Counted from the stretch's first letter, positions 49,956 to 63,634 are shown. The stretch is DNA of 64,000 nt from Octopus vulgaris (GCA_951406725.2 OX597821.1:58528001-58592000), one strand, 5' to 3'. Made by a program: numbers and translations. The notes: generated by a model not told the origin, from the letters alone.

Positions 49956-50769
49956 CTCTTAACATATTATCTCGTATATTTTCGTTCAGAGATGTCTATT
50001 TGAACGACAATAAACATTCACTGTACTCTGAGGTATCTGTCACTTATTTCTAATCCGAAATACTTTATTCTTTTACTCTTGTACTTGTTTCAGTCATTTG
50101 ACTGTGGCCATGCTGGGGCACCGTATTTTAGTTGAGCAAATCAACCCCAGGACTTATTCTTTGTATGCCTAGCACTTACTCTATTGGTCTCATTTGCCAA
50201 ACTGCTTTGTTACAGGGACATAAACACACCAACATCGGTTGTCAAACGATGGCGGAGGTGACAAACAGACACACAAACACACACACACACACACACACAC
50301 ATGCGCGTACATATATACGATGGTCTTCCTTCAGTTTCTGTCTACAAAATCCACTCACAAGGCTTTGGTTGGCCCGAGGCTATAGTAGAAGACACTTGCC
50401 CAAGGTGCCATGCAGTGGGATTGAACCCAGAACCATGTAGTTGGACAGCAAGCTTCTTACCACACAGCCACTTCTGCGCCTTATATACAGATTCAAAATA
50501 AATGATGAGAAAATATGGTATCTTTTGCATGGACATTGAAAAAAAAATGTGTATGATAAGAGGTTAACCACACAGCCAGGCATGCAGCTAAATTATTATT
50601 GTAACAATGGTGATTAGTTCGTTATCTTTATTTCTCACTGTCTGTCTGCGTTAAATAGTTAAAACCTGAAAAACAACTTTCTTCTCACATTCCTTCATCC
50701 ATCTGCCACAAAAACCACACATTTTCTTCATGTCTTCTCACTTTTTCGTCAGCTTCAACTATTCTCTTT

Positions 50770-51530
50770 CTTTCTCATTCTCTCTCTCTTTTTCTTGTGC
50801 TCTCTCTCTCTCTTGTTCTTTCTCTCTCTCTTGTTCTCTCTCTCTCTTGTTCTCTCTCTCTCTTGTTTTCTCTCTCTCTCTCTCTCTCTCTTGTTTTTTC
50901 TCTCTCTCTCTCTCTCTCTTGTTTTCTCTCTCTCTCTTGTTCTCTCTCTTCTTGTTCTCTCTCTCTCTTGTTCTCTCTCTCTCTCGTTCTCTCTCTCTCT
51001 TGTTTTCTCTCTCTCTTGTTCTCTCTCTCTCTTGTTTTCTCTCTCTCTTGTTCTCTCTCTCTCTCGTTCTCTCTCTCTCTTGTTTTCTCTCTCTCTTGTT
51101 CTCTCTCTCTCTCTTGTTCTCTCTCTCTCTCGTTCTCTCTCTCTCTTGTTCTCTCTCTCTCTCTTGTTTTCTCTCTCTCTCTCTTGTTTTCTCTCTCTCT
51201 TGTTCTCTCTCTCGTTTTCTCTCTCTCTTGTTCTCTCTCTCTCGTTCTCTCTCTCTCTTGTTTTCTCTCTCTCTCTCTTGTTTTCTCTCTCTCTTGTTCT
51301 CTCTCTCTCTCTCTCGTTCTCTCTCTCTCTTGTTTTCTCTCTCTCTCGTTCTCTCTCTCTTGTTCTCCCTCTCTCTCTTGTTTTCTCTCTCTTTTGTTCT
51401 CTCTCTCTCTCTTGTTTTCTCTCTCTCTCCCTCCCTCCTGTTCTCTCTCTCTCTCTTGTTCTCTCTCTCTTGTTCTTTCTCTCTTGTTCTTTCTCTCTCT
51501 TCGTCTCTCTCTCTCTCCCTCTTTCTTTCC
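50770..51530 (+). repeat. ~760-bp compound (CT)n/TTGTT polypyrimidine satellite
   Basis: Continuous CT repeats punctuated by TTGTT/TCGTT, with essentially no A on the plus strand. Confidence 0.97.
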
Positions 51531-54231
51531 CCTTACACCTTTGCACTATAAGCATATTTGACAATCACTAATATTTCCTTTAAACTCACTGGCAACTACT
51601 TTAACCAATTTCCATCTCTTGTGATATCTACATGCACCTAAGACTGCAAGAAGCACTCAGTTCACCTTCTTTCCTCCTATCAATTTCTTTGGGTCTCTCA
51701 CGTCCCAGATCTCACACCAAACACTTTGCTTTGTCCTTCTTCAAGTGAACCACACCTCTCTTCCTCATGCTTGTTTTCTTACCATTGTTAATGTGCAGCA
51801 ATACAAACACCAGTATTTAAACCTGTGAACCAATGAAGGAAGTGCTATGCAGTTACTTTAATTGCCAGAAATAGCAGCCAAATCTCTTAGATAAGGAAGG
51901 ACATACCGAATAATGTATTTCTGCATACAGTATTGCTTACAAAATAGATGGGATAGTCATGGCTTCAGTACCCTTGATCAGAGATCTACTCAACCAGAGC
52001 TGACTTGGAACAAAATAATTAGTATGTTACCAAACATTAATTAAACCTCACCTGTTTATTCCTATCTTTGAAGAACTATAAATGAATTTGGAATATCTTT
52101 GAATTGCAGCCATGCTGAGGCACTGCTGCCTTGACAGCTTTAGTCAGACAAATCAATGCCGAATACTTATTTTTTTAAAGTCTCTTTTACTCTTTTACCC
52201 TGTTACTTGTTTCAGTCATTTGACTTCGGCCATGCTGGAGCACCACCAAGCTCTAGTTGGAGACTGGGTTACTGCAGTTGGAAGCAGTTACACTAAGAGA
52301 CTGAGTTATTTTCAGATTAAAAAACCCAATTTGAATTCAGTCTGAATTCTTGCATCAGTGTGGAATTTATAACTTGTTCCAATTGGATTGTGGCCTCATC
52401 CCCTGTACCTGGTACTTATTCAGTTGGTTCCTTTTGCTGAAATGCTAAGTTATGAAGGTATAAAGAAACCAACACTGGTTGTCAAGCAGTGTGAAGGGAA
52501 AACATAAATACAAACACACGGATGCATGTGATGGGCTTTCACTCAGTTTCCATCTACCAAGTCCTCCCACAATGCTTTGGTCAGCCTGAGGCTGTAGTAA
52601 AAGACACTTGCCCAAGGTGCCCCACTGGGTCTGAACCACACAGCCATATCTGCATCCATGGGTATTGTCCTATAAGTAGAGTGTTTTAACTGACTGTACC
52701 ACTGTTTTGATTTCTTACATTGGCACTAGGCCACAAATTCGTAGGAGATGGGTATAGTTGTATTACTTGATTGCCACTTATTTAATTGATCTCAGATGGA
52801 TGTTCTAAGTTTAAATACTGGAAAGTATATAATAATGTTAATTACATTAAAAGTTAATGTGAAAATCTTTTCAAAATCTCGACTCATTTACTGCAGAAAG
52901 CAGAAATATCCACACCAAATTTATGTACCAACCTGTCTTTTTGGTGAGGAATGTTATGTTTAAAACTATTTTCTGTTGAGATATGTCGAGTTTACTGAGG
53001 CAATGTGACTTGCAGAAAGTACCAGTTCTATTTTTTAGTAGCATTACTGGAATAACCATGAAAAGGTTAAAGAATGTCTTAGAAAACAAATATTAAATTC
53101 TAACTTCTATTTTTATGCAAATTTTTGTGACAGTGAGATCCAATGTTTTTATATTCCTATTGAAATATATTTAAAATATTTAGGAGTGATTAAAAAAAAA
53201 GAAAAGAATATTGAGTGGGAGAGAAAGAGGACAAAATTCTTTGCTTTAACTAAACAATCATGTTTGTAAAAAAAAAATTTGTGTGAAAACAATTCTAACC
53301 TAATTGAAACAAATGGTTTCCTGTTTGAATAAATCCAATCTGGTGACATTCTTTCATTATAAAATCTGTTGTATGAGAAAGCATTGGCTGACATCTCACA
53401 TTGTTTTAAGCTAAACTGGAGAGAATTTTCTTCTCATATAACAACAGCTCTGTGTTGGCCTTAACAGCTATGTTATGTATTTACTTTCCATGCTATACTA
53501 TAAATAGTGAGGCAATGGCTACTTTTACATGTCTGAAAATAAAAGTTTTCCCTTTATTCATCATTATTCTCGTCATTATCGTCATCACCACTTTTTCTAT
53601 GATGGCCTCCCTATATAGAAACATAAAGGAGAATGGATTCTTGATATGTGCTTTTTCAGTTGTCATCGTTATCATTAGTGGTACCGACGATTTACTAATT
53701 ATTAGTGTTGAAGCATGAGCATTATATCATCGAATAAGAATGTTATTTGATGGCTTGCAAGGTGCACAAGCATAATATACTCACAAATCTCAGCAGCACA
53801 TATTCAGGAAAAATGGTTTTGTGCTTGTTAATGCTTGTAATGGGTTATGAGAGGCCCTATTTTGGCAAACAGAATCCCAGGTGATTTTTTATTTTTGAGG
53901 CATGATTTTAGTAAAAAAAAACAAAAGTATGACTTACATGCCATCAAATATGGCGTATGATTTTCATGGTGTTTATTTAGTTATTTCAGTCACATTTGTG
54001 ATGCAAAGGAAACAGTTTTGGTTGGGAATTGAAAATGAATTTTGGACGGTATTCATCTAGAATTTAGCTCTAAATTACATTACAGCATTAATCATTTTAA
54101 CAGAAAAAATAAATAAGTAAATGAGTGGAAATTGAACTGATGAGTGTGTTAAATAATAAAGCACTAAAAGAGAACAACTCTTCCCAGACACAATAAAATA
54201 TGCTTCAACACATAAATTCACCAATGCTAGA

Positions 54232-54590
54232 ATGGAACGACACTGCATAGTGCCAAAGATCCCAGCAATGCCATCACGCTTCAGGACCAGCTTCTGCAAC
54301 AGCCTGGGTTTCAAGGGCCCACAGCTTTTTAATATTCTCCCAAAGAGTCTGAGGAACTTGCACAAAGTAGATGTAGCAGTTTTTAAATCAAAACTGGACA
54401 TCTTCCTGTCGAGAGTCCCAGATGAACCTACCTCACAGCAAGAGGTGCAAATGAGAGTAGCTATATCAAACTCCATTCTTCACCAAGTGCCACATATTAG
54501 ACGAGGTTCTTCGCAATAACAGTGTAGCACAAAACGGCAGTGCATCAGCATGGCCACAGCTCTGAGCTGAAACTAGAGAAAAAAAAAAAA
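54232..54590 (+). mobile_element. 5'-truncated CR1/L2-group LINE 3' end
   Basis: SLGFKGPQLFNILPKSLRNL..FKSKLDIFLSRVPDEP, then stop, short 3' UTR with stem-loop, and A tail. Confidence 0.78.
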
Positions 54591-55851
54591 TCTTGCAAAC
54601 CAAATACAAACTGAAACATTTTAATAATGTTTTCTCTATAAATTGATCCATCAACAATTTTATGGAAAGAAGAGATTATGATCATCATAATTCAACATCT
54701 GTTTTCTATTTTTGTGTGGGTTGCATGGTTTGACTGGATCTGGCAAACCACAGGGCTGCACCTAGCTCCATTGTCAGCTTTGGCATGGTTTTTGTACAGT
54801 CTGATGCATTTCCAGCCCAGCACACTGCTTTACAATGTTTGCTGCATACTTTTTCATGCCACTGGCACTAGTGATGGTGCCAAATAATTTGCAAAATGGA
54901 AAGAGCACAAAAGGTGACCCACCCCCCAACTACCACTTACACGTAAGTAGGTTTAAGAAAAAATCCCCAAAATCTAGCACTCTGTTGGTTATGATGATGA
55001 AGGTTCCAGTTGATTCAATCAATGGAACAGCCTGCTTGTGAAATTAATGTGTAAGTGGTCGAGTACTCCACAGACATGTGTGCCCTTAATGTAGTTCTCA
55101 GGGAGATTCAGTGTAACACAGAGTGTGACAAAGCTGGCCCTTTGAAATACAGGTACTACTCATTTTTGACAGCTGAGTGAACTGGGGCAACGTGAAATAA
55201 AGTGTTTTGCTCAAGGACATAGCGTGTCACCAGGAATTGAACTCATGACCTTACGATTGTTAGCCAAATGCCCTAACAACTAAGCCATGCATTTAAGATA
55301 TAAATAAAATAATTGTAGCACAGTGGAAGTGGCAACACTGATCTCAGGGTCATAAGTTCAAATTCAACTAAAGCTGTTTGGTAAGACTTCTGTTTATTTC
55401 CAGATTGCCTAATTGAACAAAGTAAGAAACAAGCTTCATTTTTACTTCACAGCCAAGTGGTTTGACTCTAGAATTTACAGTATTTACTTGTATACAGGTT
55501 ACGCAATTTTATATCTCATTTCAATTGAAAAAAAAACAAAAAAAACTGGGGTGAAACTTATGGGACAAAGCTAAAACTATACAGGGAAAAATATTTGTAC
55601 CAAGATCTAATACTAAATTAGGAGTGTATCTTATGCACGAGTAAATACGGTAAATTCAGATATTAATAAGAACAGCTGCCAAATAGATATTTTAAAACTT
55701 CTAATTAATATGTTTTAACTTCACTAGTCTAGGCCATATTTAATAGTTTCATTATTAGACAGGAAGACTAATATTAATTACATGATATTAACATATTTTA
55801 TCAGCTTTGGGTGTGAGCTGAAAGGCAAGTCAATCCAAGCACAACTTTAAC

Positions 55852-56116
55852 CATTTAGTCAGAGGATTGTACTGTTCTCTCAGCTTATTATTATGTTTGT
55901 CACATTAATTATACTAATAATGATTTAAAATTTTTGCTAGCAGTTCATTAATTTTGAAAACAAAACATTTGTACTCAGAGCCAGAGTGAGTTTCAGCTGG
56001 GTTGGTAATGAAAGGGTTAAGCACTGGAAAGCATTTAGTCAGAGGATTGTACTGTTCTCTCAGCTTATTATTATGTTTGTCACATTAATTATACTAATAA
56101 TGATTTAAAATTTTTG
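55852..56116 (+). repeat. 85-bp perfect direct repeat (55852-55936 and 56032-56116)
   Basis: CATTTAGTCAGAGG...TTTAAAATTTTTG is identical twice, separated by a 95-bp spacer. Confidence 0.92.
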
Positions 56117-57463
56117 GCACAAAGCTAGCAGTTCTGGGGGTGGGTGTTTGTCGATTCTATTGACCTCAGTGCATAACTGGTGGTTGTTTTATAATCCTTG
56201 AAAAGATGAAAGGCAAAACTGACCTCATTATTATACTAATAATGATTTTTTTTTTATGTTCTAGATCAGGCCTGGCCAACTTAAATTACATTGTGGGCCG
56301 CTTTAATCAGAGAAAGTCTTTTGAGGGCCGCTTGTATACTTTATGCACTAATAGTCAAATAATCAAATTACAGAATCAAGAATTTTCCATATTTTTCGTT
56401 TATTCTTTTACTTGTTTCAGTAATTTGACTGCAACTATGCTGGAGTACCACCTTTAGTTGAACAAATCAACCCCAGGACTTATTCTTTGTAAACCTAGTA
56501 CTTATTCTATCGGTTACTTTTGCCAAACCGCTAAGTGGCGAGTACGTAAACACATCAACATCGGTTGTCAAGCGATGGTGGGGAGACAAATACAGACATA
56601 AATAACAAACACACACATGCATACACACACACACGCATACAACTGATCTACCTCAATGCCATAGCAACCACCCTCATACCATCTCACCCTCTTGCCAGGT
56701 TTTGGGCATTCTCCCTTCTCAAGCCAGCCCTCTCAATCTCCTCCTCCACCTGCCCCCTCCACATTTTCATCAGACTACCTCGCTTTCCTCAGACCATCGG
56801 CCATCATAAGGCAAATCATGCTTGCATAACCCAGGATGAAGGTTTGCAACTTCCTTTTTGAGGTAGGCAGATGCAGCCCACTCCAACCTTTGGGCTGGCT
56901 GGTGCCCATTCTCCTTTGCTATCATGAGGCTTTCTCGGAGCTGGATTTTCTACGGGGAGCATGCCCTTGCTTACCCCCAGCTTCAGTTTCTAGATATGAG
57001 TGGTCCCGAGACCATAATTTTTAAGAAATGTGCAGGAAAACTAGATCAGGAAGGCAGGGATGCTACTCCTTGAGACCCTGTTTTTTCCACTTTTAATTTG
57101 AATCCTTTCTAATATTATTTGAATTAATATGAAAAACAGTTTTATTATAGTGTTGTTGTTTTTCTTTTTATTTTGTGGCTTTAATCTTCCTCTACAACTT
57201 TTATATCATTTTTGAAATTTGAATAAATTTCATCTCTTTAGACATATGACAATGGAGTGCTCAGTAGTAAAAAGAAAATAAAAACAAATTTTCTGAAAAT
57301 ACAATACTTTTTTAGTAAACTCTAAAAAAAAGAAAGAAAAGAAAAGTTGTTGGAAAGAAATTTAATGCAAAGTTTCTAAAGGGAATTTTTAGAAAATATA
57401 TTTTGAAAAATTGTTCACTGTACATTAGGAATTATGAGAAGAATGACATGAGGCCTTGTTTAA

Positions 57464-57681
57464 CCCTTTAGCATTTAAACTGGTCATAGTTAGCCTAAAT
57501 ATTCTTTCTGTTTTATGTTCAAACCGACCAGATCTAGCCTCTCACATCAACCCTACAATGCCATTGTAAAAAGAAACAATCACATCAGTGAAATCTCAAA
57601 GCTACAAGATAATGCATGATTAATTCAAAATAAGTGAATAAATAAGCATTACATTTGACAGAGCAATCTGATTGCTAAAGG
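57464..57681 (+). mobile_element. piggyBac-like MITE
   Basis: TTAA|CCCTTTAGCA...TGCTAAAGG|TTAA. Partial or diverged copies at ~10367-10582(-), 32284-32470(+) and 42795-43010(-). Confidence 0.8.
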
Positions 57682-60600
57682 TTAAAATTAAAATATGTAG
57701 TATAGAATTGGTAGATTCAGGTGAGATTATTGCAACTGATGTGCAAGAGGCTTTGAATATATATTACAGGTGTGTGAGTGAAGGCTTGGCTTACCAAACA
57801 GCTGGTCCATTCTTGGCTGCAATCCAATGTAGAATTTGTGTTTGTCTGACAATGCTGCATCTTAAATATCTAAGCAATACTCTAAAAATATTTCATCCTT
57901 TGAAAGCTGCTTGCTCTTTACAAATATGTGGTGGGTATTTTAAGATGTGTCCCACTTTAAAATACCCACCATGGAAATGTTATGCCCATCACATTCAAGT
58001 GAGGTCGTTGCCAGTGCCGCTGGACTGGTTCCTGTGCAGGTGGCACGTAAAAAACACCATTTGAGCGTGACTGTTGCCAGTACCGCCTGACTGGCCCTCA
58101 TGCCAGTGGCACGTAAAAGCACCCATTACATTCTCGGAGTGGTTGGCGTTAGGAAGGGCATCCAGCTATAGAAACTCTGCCAGATCAGATTGGAGCCTGG
58201 TGCAGCCATCTGGTTCGCCAGTCCTCAGACAAATTGTCCAACCCATGCTAGCATGGAAAGCGGACGTTAAATAATGATGATGATTTACATCCATGTATGT
58301 TTTTTGTCAGGCAAGGTACTTGGTGTCATGTAAAAAGCACTGGTGTTGGTGCCACATAAAATTCACTGGTGATGGTGCTACATAAAAATCTCTAGCGGTG
58401 ATCTCACATAAAAAAAAAACAGAACACTGGTGCTGGTGCTATGTAAAAAGCACTGGTGATGGTGCCAAATAAAAAAGCACCCAGTACACTCTGTAAAGTG
58501 CTTGGTATTAGGAAGGGTATCCAACTGTAGAAACCTTGCTAAAACAGACAGTGAAGCCTGGTGCAGTCTTCTACCTGGCCAACCCCTGTCAAACTGTCCG
58601 ACCCATGCCAGCATGGAAAATAGACGTTAAATGATGATGATGATGATGATATAAAATGTTATTCATTTCATGAATAATGTTCACTCTTTGTAATCCTCCA
58701 ACTACTTCACATTTTGCTAAGTTGTGTCTTACTCTCTTTTACTGTGTGGCCTTTTGGGCAAATGTCTTTTACTATAGCCCTGGGCTGACCAATGTCTTGT
58801 TAGTGAATTTGGTGGAAGGAAACTGTGTAGAAGTCCCTTGTGTGTGTGTTTGTGTATTTCCCTTCACTGCTCAGCAACTAGTGGTGGCTTATTTACCACC
58901 CCACCCCGTAACTTAGTGGTTTCAGCAAACAAGACCAATAGGATATGTATAGAATAAGTACCAGACATATAGAAAATATGAACTGGTGTTGATTTGTTTG
59001 ACTAAATCCTTCAAGGTGGTACCCTAGCATGGCTGTAGCTCAATGACTGAAACAAATTAAATCTAAAAGAAAAAGAAAGAAAATTCCATTCACTGTATCT
59101 ATGTACTTATGCCCACTAAAGAAGCGTCTCTGTCATTGTTCGGTAGTCAAATCTCCCTTAAATCATAATTTGGTGTCTTAAACAAGACACATTAGATAAT
59201 GTATCCCCTGATATGAAAAAAACAACAAAAACAGATGATTATGGTTGGTATGGTTCTGGGTTATAGGTTTATTTGGTTAAGACTGATCTGGAGCTAAACA
59301 ACCATTTTGTCTAATTGTCACAGCAATCATTATCCTCAGCTTCTGGATATTACTGTCTGGAACCCTTGGGCTCAAAGGGCCGGTTACCTGGTTTCCATGA
59401 TAAATGACTGAAATCACACCATTTCCCCTGAACAAGATGCCAGACCATCGTATTTACAGCTGAGTTGATTGAAATGACCTGAAATGAACGGTTTTTGCTC
59501 AAGAACACTATGGACCACCTGGTCCTGTAATCGAAACCACAACCTTACAATCACGAATGCAACACCCTAACCACTATGCTACATGCCCTCACTCACTATC
59601 CCTCCACGTTTTATTTCCTCAAGCAGTTACTAATATACAAATCAGTGGGGGTGGAGGGCTCACTTAGCGTTCAGTTATGAGAAATATTTGTCATGGGACG
59701 GTCAATTTTATTGACTTGATAAAATTGGGAAATTAGAGTTGTAACCTTTTTATGAAATAGTTGCTACTACCTTGAATCACAACTTGGTTGTATATTCAAT
59801 TGACAGTTTAGTCTGTTGTTAGGACTCGTCGAGGTTACAAAGAGATATCACTATATCAAAGTTTGTTGTAGCAGTTGAAGTATAGTTTGATCCCATCGTT
59901 TGGGAAAGAAAATAATTTTTAGTTCATTAAAGCATTTAATATTTTAGTTGGAGGGCCAACTTTGAGTGATTTCTTTTTTTTTTTTTTTTTGAGACATCTT
60001 GCGGAGGCAAATTTGCATCTTATTTGCCTTCAAATACAACTACAACACCGGAAAACTTCATTGTCAACGTCAGGGGAGAGAAAGAGTTAATTAAAATTCG
60101 TAAATTAAAGATAAGTTCGAGTGCCATGAGGAAGGGTGAATTGACAAGTCGTTGAAGGAACGGACCTCTCTCTACCCTGATACTTCAAAACTCTACTCAC
60201 AAACATATAATATGATATAATATAATACATATGAAGTTGTTTATATCAGTGGCTGGTAACGTCTCTAAACTATATTATATTAAAAGATACAGACTGGAAA
60301 AGTTTAATTTCTTCAATGTCTAAAATAACATTTCATATTATTTTCCTTCATTGTTCAATAATGAATAAAAAAAACGTAACTTTTTTTTCTTCACTGAATA
60401 AATGCAACCGGACACAGTGGTAAGGAATTGTCGAGACTTTTTAGTTTATATGTGTGACGGAAGGTCGGTCGGTTGGTCTCTCAAGTTGATATGTTCTAAC
60501 TCGTCAAAAGCAGCTGACTATCTCGGTTAAGAGTGTCAGCGCATGGGACGTGTCAGATTAGTGCGAGTTTCAAATATTTTACGACCAAAACATTGTCTAT

Positions 60601-60711
60601 CACGCGCACACACGTATACAGCCAAACTACTGCATGTCTGAGAACAAAGTATCGACTGTTGGATCGGTTTCCAACTATTGACAACACGGAATCCTTCCCT
60701 ATTCAAAAGTC

Positions 60712-60890
60712 ATGTCGGACGTGGCTGATACTAAACGTTCCTATTTCGTTGCTACTCCGCCGTTTAATAACCACTTTCATGTAACTGCTTATTGTCAACA
60801 ATCCCATAGCTGGATAACTTGCCTCTTCCCTCGTCACTACCGGAAGATTACTTCTCGAAACTCAACAATCCGTTCTATCTTAACAAATTG
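60712..60890 (+). CDS. Candidate first coding exon of an unidentified gene
   Basis: ATG in a CpG-richer non-repetitive island (60400-60960). Open frame MSDVADTKRSYFVATPPFNNHF...ILTN reaches donor-like TTG|gtatgt (or TAT|gtaagt), followed by a pyrimidine tract. No homology recognised. Confidence 0.3.
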
Positions 60891-61484
60891 GTATGTAAGT
60901 CTCCCTTTTCTCTCGTATTTATTTTTGCCCACTCCCCGCCCTCTCCCTGAGTCGTCTCCTATCTGAGAAAATCAGTCTATTCCTTTCTGTTGTGGAGTCA
61001 TATTTTTTTCGCAAGCATTTAAAAAATTTTACTTGTTTATTTATTTATTTTATCAACATTCTTGTTTCATGATGCTCCTACTTCGTTTATATGCATACAT
61101 ACCTACCTGAAGACCCTGTGCACTTACAGGTGAAAGTCGACCAAAATAAAAATATCGTTTTATCATCGCCATATATATATAGAAAGTGAGAGAGGGGGTA
61201 GTAAGAAAACTTAGAGAAGCTTCACAGTAGAAAGCGCACGCACACATATATATGTATACACACATATATAAACTCGCGCGCGCGTTTTTCTCTCCACCTT
61301 TTCTTTAACGAAATAATTAAATAACGCTTCAAAAGAAATGAGTCAACAACACTAGCGACAATAGACATAAAAGAATGCATTAAAAAGTTAATAAATGTTT
61401 GTCTACTCCGTTACACACTGAATTCACTTGAACAATAAATCTGTTTTCTTTTCTTTCTGTAAACAACGCCTTAACAAAGAGGGA

Positions 61485-61650
61485 GGCCTCTAAGTGGTCG
61501 CTCGGCTTGCTTGAAATAGCAGCCAGAAGTCCTTTCAGATTTCATCTTACCGTCTCAGGTAAGGACGGACACATTAGATTATGCAGTCTAAGATAGATTA
61601 TGTCTGTAAAATAATTCGGGATGGTAATGACTGGAGCCAAACAACAAAAA
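61485..61650 (+). repeat. Old unclassified interspersed repeat (GCTnGAAATAGCAGCC..GGACACATTAGAT)
   Basis: Similar diverged segments at ~29365-29540, 34100-34160, 51860-52015 and 59140-59300. Confidence 0.55.
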
Positions 61651-63582
61651 ACAAGAGTTTATATTCGTTCACATGACTAATAGTTTTCTTATTACAACTG
61701 TTATTGTTTTTGCTTTTGTTTCTGTAGTTAATTGAAATTACGGTATTATAATATTATAAAACAGTTGGCTCGAAGATCAAATTGGGGTTAAACTATAATG
61801 TGTGTTTGTGTGTGCCGTATTGTTAAAATTTGTGAAATACCTTTGTTATAACGAGAGCATAGCAATGCTACTCCCACCTGGGTGGTTAAACTGCTGCTCT
61901 GCTTTTATACCGAGATATTTATACATATTTTAGACATTCGTCAACTTGTAAGTATGTGTGTTGTATATAATATATAATAATAATAATAAATAAATAAAAA
62001 GACAGTTAGATATAACTGTCGTGAGATATTAAATACATTTAAGAAATTTGAAGATATTAAGTGTTGTTTAAGTTCTGTGTCGTTGACAACACTGAATTGT
62101 ATTTATTTATTTTTTATCTTTATTTGTTTTGTACATATTAGATCAGACTTCCTCTTTCTCATTCACCCTTTCTCCCGGCGAAAGACCAACAATCAGCTGG
62201 TTTAACGAACACACACTCCCCCCCCACCTCGCTCTCTCACACATTCATATACACACACTTATGTAACATTACCAATCCTTGTGGTCTCGACTTCACAACG
62301 GCTTGGTATTTTTAGTAAATTACTCCTCTGGGTGTGCATTCACTAATCATTGACAGATAGTTGCTATGCTTGTGTAAACAGAAATGTCATTGAGAAAAAC
62401 CTTAATTTTTGCCTGAAGGTGGAGCGGTTGGGAAGAGGAATATCTTATTACTCCTGGGCAAAATGTAATACTTAACGGCATTTCGTCCGTCTATATGTTC
62501 TGAGTTCATATACTGCCGAGGTCTACTGTGCCTTTCATCCTTTCGGATTCGATAAAATATGTACCAGTTGAGCACTGGGATCAGTGTAATCGACTGACCC
62601 CACTCTCCCCCAAAATTGCTGGCCTTGTGCCAAAATTTGAAACCGTTATTATTATTCCAGCCATTCCGGCTTTTTGTAATCCAAGTTCAAATTTCACCGA
62701 GGTCCACTTTGTCTTTCGTCCTGTCGGGGTCGATAAAATAAGGACCAATTGAGCACTGGGGTTCACGTAATTAACTTACCTCCTCCCCACAAAATTACTA
62801 GCTTTGGGCTAAAATTTGAAAAACTCATCATTTAACGTGCGTTTTCTGTTCTGGGATGAGTTAGACGGTTTGGCAGGAGCTGGCAAACCAGAGAGCTTGT
62901 TTTGGGATGGATTCTACAGCTGGATGCCCTTCCTAACGCCAACCACTTTACAGTGTACTGGGTGCTTTTTACGTGGCAACAGCATGGGTGCCTTTTTAAT
63001 GACATTGGCATGAGTACTTTACGTGACACTGGCATGAGTGCTCTTATTGAGGTTCATGTAATTAACTTACTCCCTCTCCACAAAATCACTGGCCAAAATT
63101 TGAAACATCATCATCATTTAATGTCCATTTTCCATGCTGGCAAGAGTGCTCTTTATGAGGCACCGGCACTAACCATTATTATGATGCCAGTACCGCCTGA
63201 CTGGTCCTCATGCTGGTGGCACATAAAAAGCAACCACTACACTCTTGGAGTAGTTGGTGTTAGGAAGGGCATCCAGCTGTAGAAACATTGCCTGATCAGA
63301 TTTGGGCCTGGTACAGCCTCCTGGCTTGCCAGCCCTCAGTCAAACCGCCTAACCCATGCCAGGATGGAAAGCAGACGTTAAACGACAATGATGACGATGA
63401 TGATGATTATTATTATGCAGGCGCAAGAGTGGCTGTGTGGTAAGGAACTTGCTTACCAGTCACATGGTTTTGGGTCAGTCCCATTCCATGGCACCTTGGG
63501 CAAGTGTCTTCTGCTATAGCCTCAAGCTGACCAAAGCCTTGTGAGTGGATTTGGTAGATGGAAACTGAAAGAAGCACATATA

Positions 63583-63634
<52 letters not shown>

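Noticed and set aside
50730-51571. Four long ORFs (254-273 aa) rich in LS or RE
   Set aside because: They are translations of the CT/GA satellite, which lacks stop codons because of its composition.
57672-58064. 130-aa ORF
   Set aside because: It starts inside a piggyBac-like MITE end and finishes in an RTE 3' UTR. The middle has no recognisable motif or convincing splice-site pair.
60810-60890. Alternative frame LDNLPLPSSLPEDYF resembling a SOCS-box LPLP motif
   Set aside because: The match is too short, the BC-box half is missing, and the acceptor context is weak.
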